IMG/VR virus record: IMGVR_UViG_3300033755_000019
Location: 1 to 27,773 of that record
Direction: 5' to 3' (one strand)
From: a virus
Lineage: Duplodnaviria > Caudoviricetes
Length of the DNA stretch: 27,773 bases
The notes under the pieces are model-generated. The model was not told the origin of the DNA, searched no databases, and saw only the letters and a program-made list of their open reading frames with translations. Of this stretch, positions 25,520 through 27,773 are shown in pieces (the first letter of the stretch is position 1; each line of letters opens with the position of its first letter). The position numbers and the translations under genes were made by a program.

Positions 25520-26443
25520 GTGGCCATAACGAATAACTGCATGTTGGCTTACCCGAACCGGAGCGATGCCGGAACGGTGACCGGGGCCCCCTTCGTTTCG
25601 TCCCTCCCAGTTACGAACGTCCAGAACAGATTTTTGACCAACTACGCTCGAACCACGGGGGTGGGGCTACTCACACCGGCACCAGCAACCCCGGATGGGA
25701 CTCAGTGCTCGGCCTACATCAACGTCAATTTCGGGATGTCCAGGTATATCAATGCCGTGGCCTTGGTGAGGCATAACCTCTCGCTCTCGGCCACGGGCAG
25801 GCTTGTGCTGTGGAGTAACGCGGCTATGACCACGCCGGTCTACGACTCCGGGTGGCAGAACGTCTGGCCCAGGTACTACGACACGACAAGCCTTCTCTGG
25901 AACAGCACCAACTTCCTTTTCGGTCGGCTCACCACTGATGATTTTGGGGTATTACCCGCCATCTGGTTGCAGATGGTTCAGGCCCCCAGTGGCCTCGTGA
26001 GCCCTTTCGCGGCGCAGTACGCGACCATTTATGTCAGTGATCCGACCAATGCGGCTGGCTACCTGCAATTCGGCCGGCTCTACATGGCCGAGAATTGGAC
26101 CCCGGCCCGGAACTTCATCTATGGGCAGACTTCCATCGGCTGGCAAGACCCCTCGATAGTGGACACGGCTCTGGATGGCACGGAGTACTACGAGGAGCGG
26201 TCCATGTATCGGGAGGCCATTTTTACCCTCCCGTACCTGAGTCCCACCGAGGGGGTAACCCGAGCCCTGAACCTGACTCGCAACCGGGGCATAACTGGTG
26301 ACCTTCTGTATATCTGGGACCCCACCAATATACAGCTCCTACAAGAACGGTCGTTTGTGGGCCGTCTCGAATCTCTTAGCCCGCTGGTCTATACCCAGTA
26401 TGGCCTCACCTCCATGGCTTTCAAGATCAAGGAGCTTGTCTAA
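25520..26443 (+). CDS. tail protein (possibly Dit-like, 307 aa)
   Basis: GTG start; HNLS, YDSGW, DPTNAAGYLQFGRL pattern seen in siphovirus tail-tip proteins. Confidence 0.7.
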   Translation: MAITNNCMLAYPNRSDAGTVTGAPFVSSLPVTNVQNRFLTNYARTTGVGLLTPAPATPDGTQCSAYINVNFGMSRYINAVALVRHNLSLSATGRLVLWSNAAMTTPVYDSGWQNVWPRYYDTTSLLWNSTNFLFGRLTTDDFGVLPAIWLQMVQAPSGLVSPFAAQYATIYVSDPTNAAGYLQFGRLYMAENWTPARNFIYGQTSIGWQDPSIVDTALDGTEYYEERSMYREAIFTLPYLSPTEGVTRALNLTRNRGITGDLLYIWDPTNIQLLQERSFVGRLESLSPLVYTQYGLTSMAFKIKELV

Positions 26444-27097
26444 ATGTCGCTAGTCACGCTTGCCACAACCCCACAAGCCCGTCTAAGCCTGGGGTGGTTT
26501 GACTCCAAGAATGGCACCATTGGTGGTGTCTGCGGCTACAACAATCAGGTCTATGACCAGAATCTTAACCCCGGCGGCATGGACGGCAATGGGGTGGGGA
26601 TCAACTGGGTCAACATGGCCGCGGATATGGTGAGCTTGGCCCTGACGGCCGAGCAGCAGGCCCAGATGGTGGCCTCTTACCTTGTCAGCTCCAATGGCTG
26701 GGTGGCGGAAACCCATGCGCTGGCTCGGCTCTCGGCGACCCAGTTCACGGTCACTTCCCCGGGCAACAACCTGACCACGCTCTACAAGACCAACCGGGCG
26801 CTGTCGGTGATCCAGACGGCCAGCGGCTACGGCTACGTGGCGACAAGCTCTTATGATGGCGTGTCCGTGACCACCGTGACCGTGGCCAACTTGTCCCTGG
26901 ACACCGGCTTTTCGCAGGTCAGCTTGGGCCAGGACCCGGCCAACGCGCCATACACCTCGGCCTTGACCGGGGCCACGGCCACCACGCCCGGCACGGCCGG
27001 CCCGGTGCCCGGGGCCTCGGCCGGCCAGGAGAACTCCCACTTCTGCGGCGACGGAACCTACCACGATCCTACCGTGGACAACCAAATCTGGAGCTAG
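26444..27097 (+). CDS. tail fibre-associated protein (217 aa)
   Basis: AAGGAG RBS; Thr/Ser/Gly-rich; AGPVPG...FCGDGTY fibre-type motif. Confidence 0.7.
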   Translation: MSLVTLATTPQARLSLGWFDSKNGTIGGVCGYNNQVYDQNLNPGGMDGNGVGINWVNMAADMVSLALTAEQQAQMVASYLVSSNGWVAETHALARLSATQFTVTSPGNNLTTLYKTNRALSVIQTASGYGYVATSSYDGVSVTTVTVANLSLDTGFSQVSLGQDPANAPYTSALTGATATTPGTAGPVPGASAGQENSHFCGDGTYHDPTVDNQIWS

Positions 27098-27100
27098 ACC

Positions 27101-27773
27101 ATGCCCCTGCGCCTACCCCTGAGCGCCGCGCCCAGCGGCAATGCCGGCCTGACCCCGGCCTGCACCACGGCCGGCAACACGGCCTTCGTGATCGGCACCA
27201 ACATGCAGGACCTCCATGTGTCCGCCGGGACCGACGAGATGTTCCTGGAGGTCTGCAACATCGACGCCTCGCCCCATCAGCTCGTGGGCTCCTTCCATTA
27301 CGGGGCCATCACCGCCCCGGACGACCTGTTCTACCAGACCATGGCCCCGCAATCCGGCTGGCAGAAGATCGTGGGCGGGGACATCCTGCTTGCGGGCGCG
27401 GGCTTGGCCCTTGGCCTGCCCGGCTCGGGTGATCTCAACAAGCTCAACTTCCGGGGTTTCGTGAACCGGATCATAGGCGACGCCCGCAAGCTGCCGCTCT
27501 CCGGGGCCGGGGCCTACAACAAGAACATCAAGGTAAGCGGCACGGCGGTCGGCTCGGCCACCACCCTGCACACGGCCGTGGCCGGGAACGCCCAGATGGA
27601 TGAGGTGTACCTCAATCTGACCAACACCAGTGCCAATCCGGTGCAAGTCACGCTTTGCATCGGCGGCACGACCTCGGCCTGCCAGATGGTCCTGACCATC
27701 CCCGGGCAGAGCGGCTGGACCCAGGCCCTGGCCGGCGAGTCCCTGAACAACGGCCTGGCGGTTTCGGCCTTCG
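27101..27773 (+). CDS. virion structural protein with tandem duplicated beta-sandwich domain (truncated by window end)
   Basis: ATG at 27101 with GGAG; frame open to the window end; RLPLS...DEMFL...PQSGW repeated as KLPLS...DEVYL...PGQSGW; absent from the ORF track. Confidence 0.82.
   Translation, partial: MPLRLPLSAAPSGNAGLTPACTTAGNTAFVIGTNMQDLHVSAGTDEMFLEVCNIDASPHQLVGSFHYGAITAPDDLFYQTMAPQSGWQKIVGGDILLAGAGLALGLPGSGDLNKLNFRGFVNRIIGDARKLPLSGAGAYNKNIKVSGTAVGSATTLHTAVAGNAQMDEVYLNLTNTSANPVQVTLCIGGTTSACQMVLTIPGQSGWTQALAGESLNNGLAVSAF

Larger units (their letters stand above)
1..27773. mobile_element. HK97-like siphovirus phage/prophage segment (early arm, cos region, lysis, packaging, head and tail modules)
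   Basis: Canonical order TerS-TerL-portal-protease-capsid-connectors-tail tube-chaperone-tape measure-tail tip; no sheath gene; no host genes or att site in window. Confidence 0.97.

Noticed and set aside
1-27773. CRISPR array, tRNA, DGR template/variable repeats, invertible segment, intron or intein
   Set aside because: No regularly spaced repeats, cloverleaf, reverse transcriptase or recombinase seen; TerL, portal and capsid are of normal length

Overview
The whole window is part of a tailed-phage (or prophage) genome of HK97-like siphovirus type; no host genes, integrase or att site are visible. Two lipoprotein genes and a GH19 endolysin point to a Gram-negative host. Left arm (1-2048, minus strand): four small early-type genes, including an ArdA antirestriction protein with a Zn-ribbon insertion and a very acidic neighbour. 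2049-2854: a divergent control region containing a cos-like sequence (~2424-2510). Plus strand from 2855: lysis cassette (GH19 endolysin, holin, lipoprotein, 38-aa ORF, permuted NlpC/P60 enzyme, XhlA-like protein), HNH, TerS, two small inserted genes (one Ogr/Delta-like Zn finger), TerL, portal, ClpP-type protease, HK97 capsid, head-tail genes, tail tube, tail chaperone with a -1 frameshift, a reverse-strand lipoprotein moron, a 1998-aa tape measure protein and tail-tip genes. Best leads: (i) a 12-bp motif GTYTRGTTAAAC repeated seven times at or near gene boundaries and mostly co-oriented with transcription in both arms (stoperator-like); (ii) cos displaced from TerS so that an anti-defence operon lies at the predicted first-injected genome end; (iii) several multi-stem RNA structures in intergenic spaces; (iv) strong depletion of basic residues in exposed proteins. 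All family assignments are from motif recognition by eye, not database searches.
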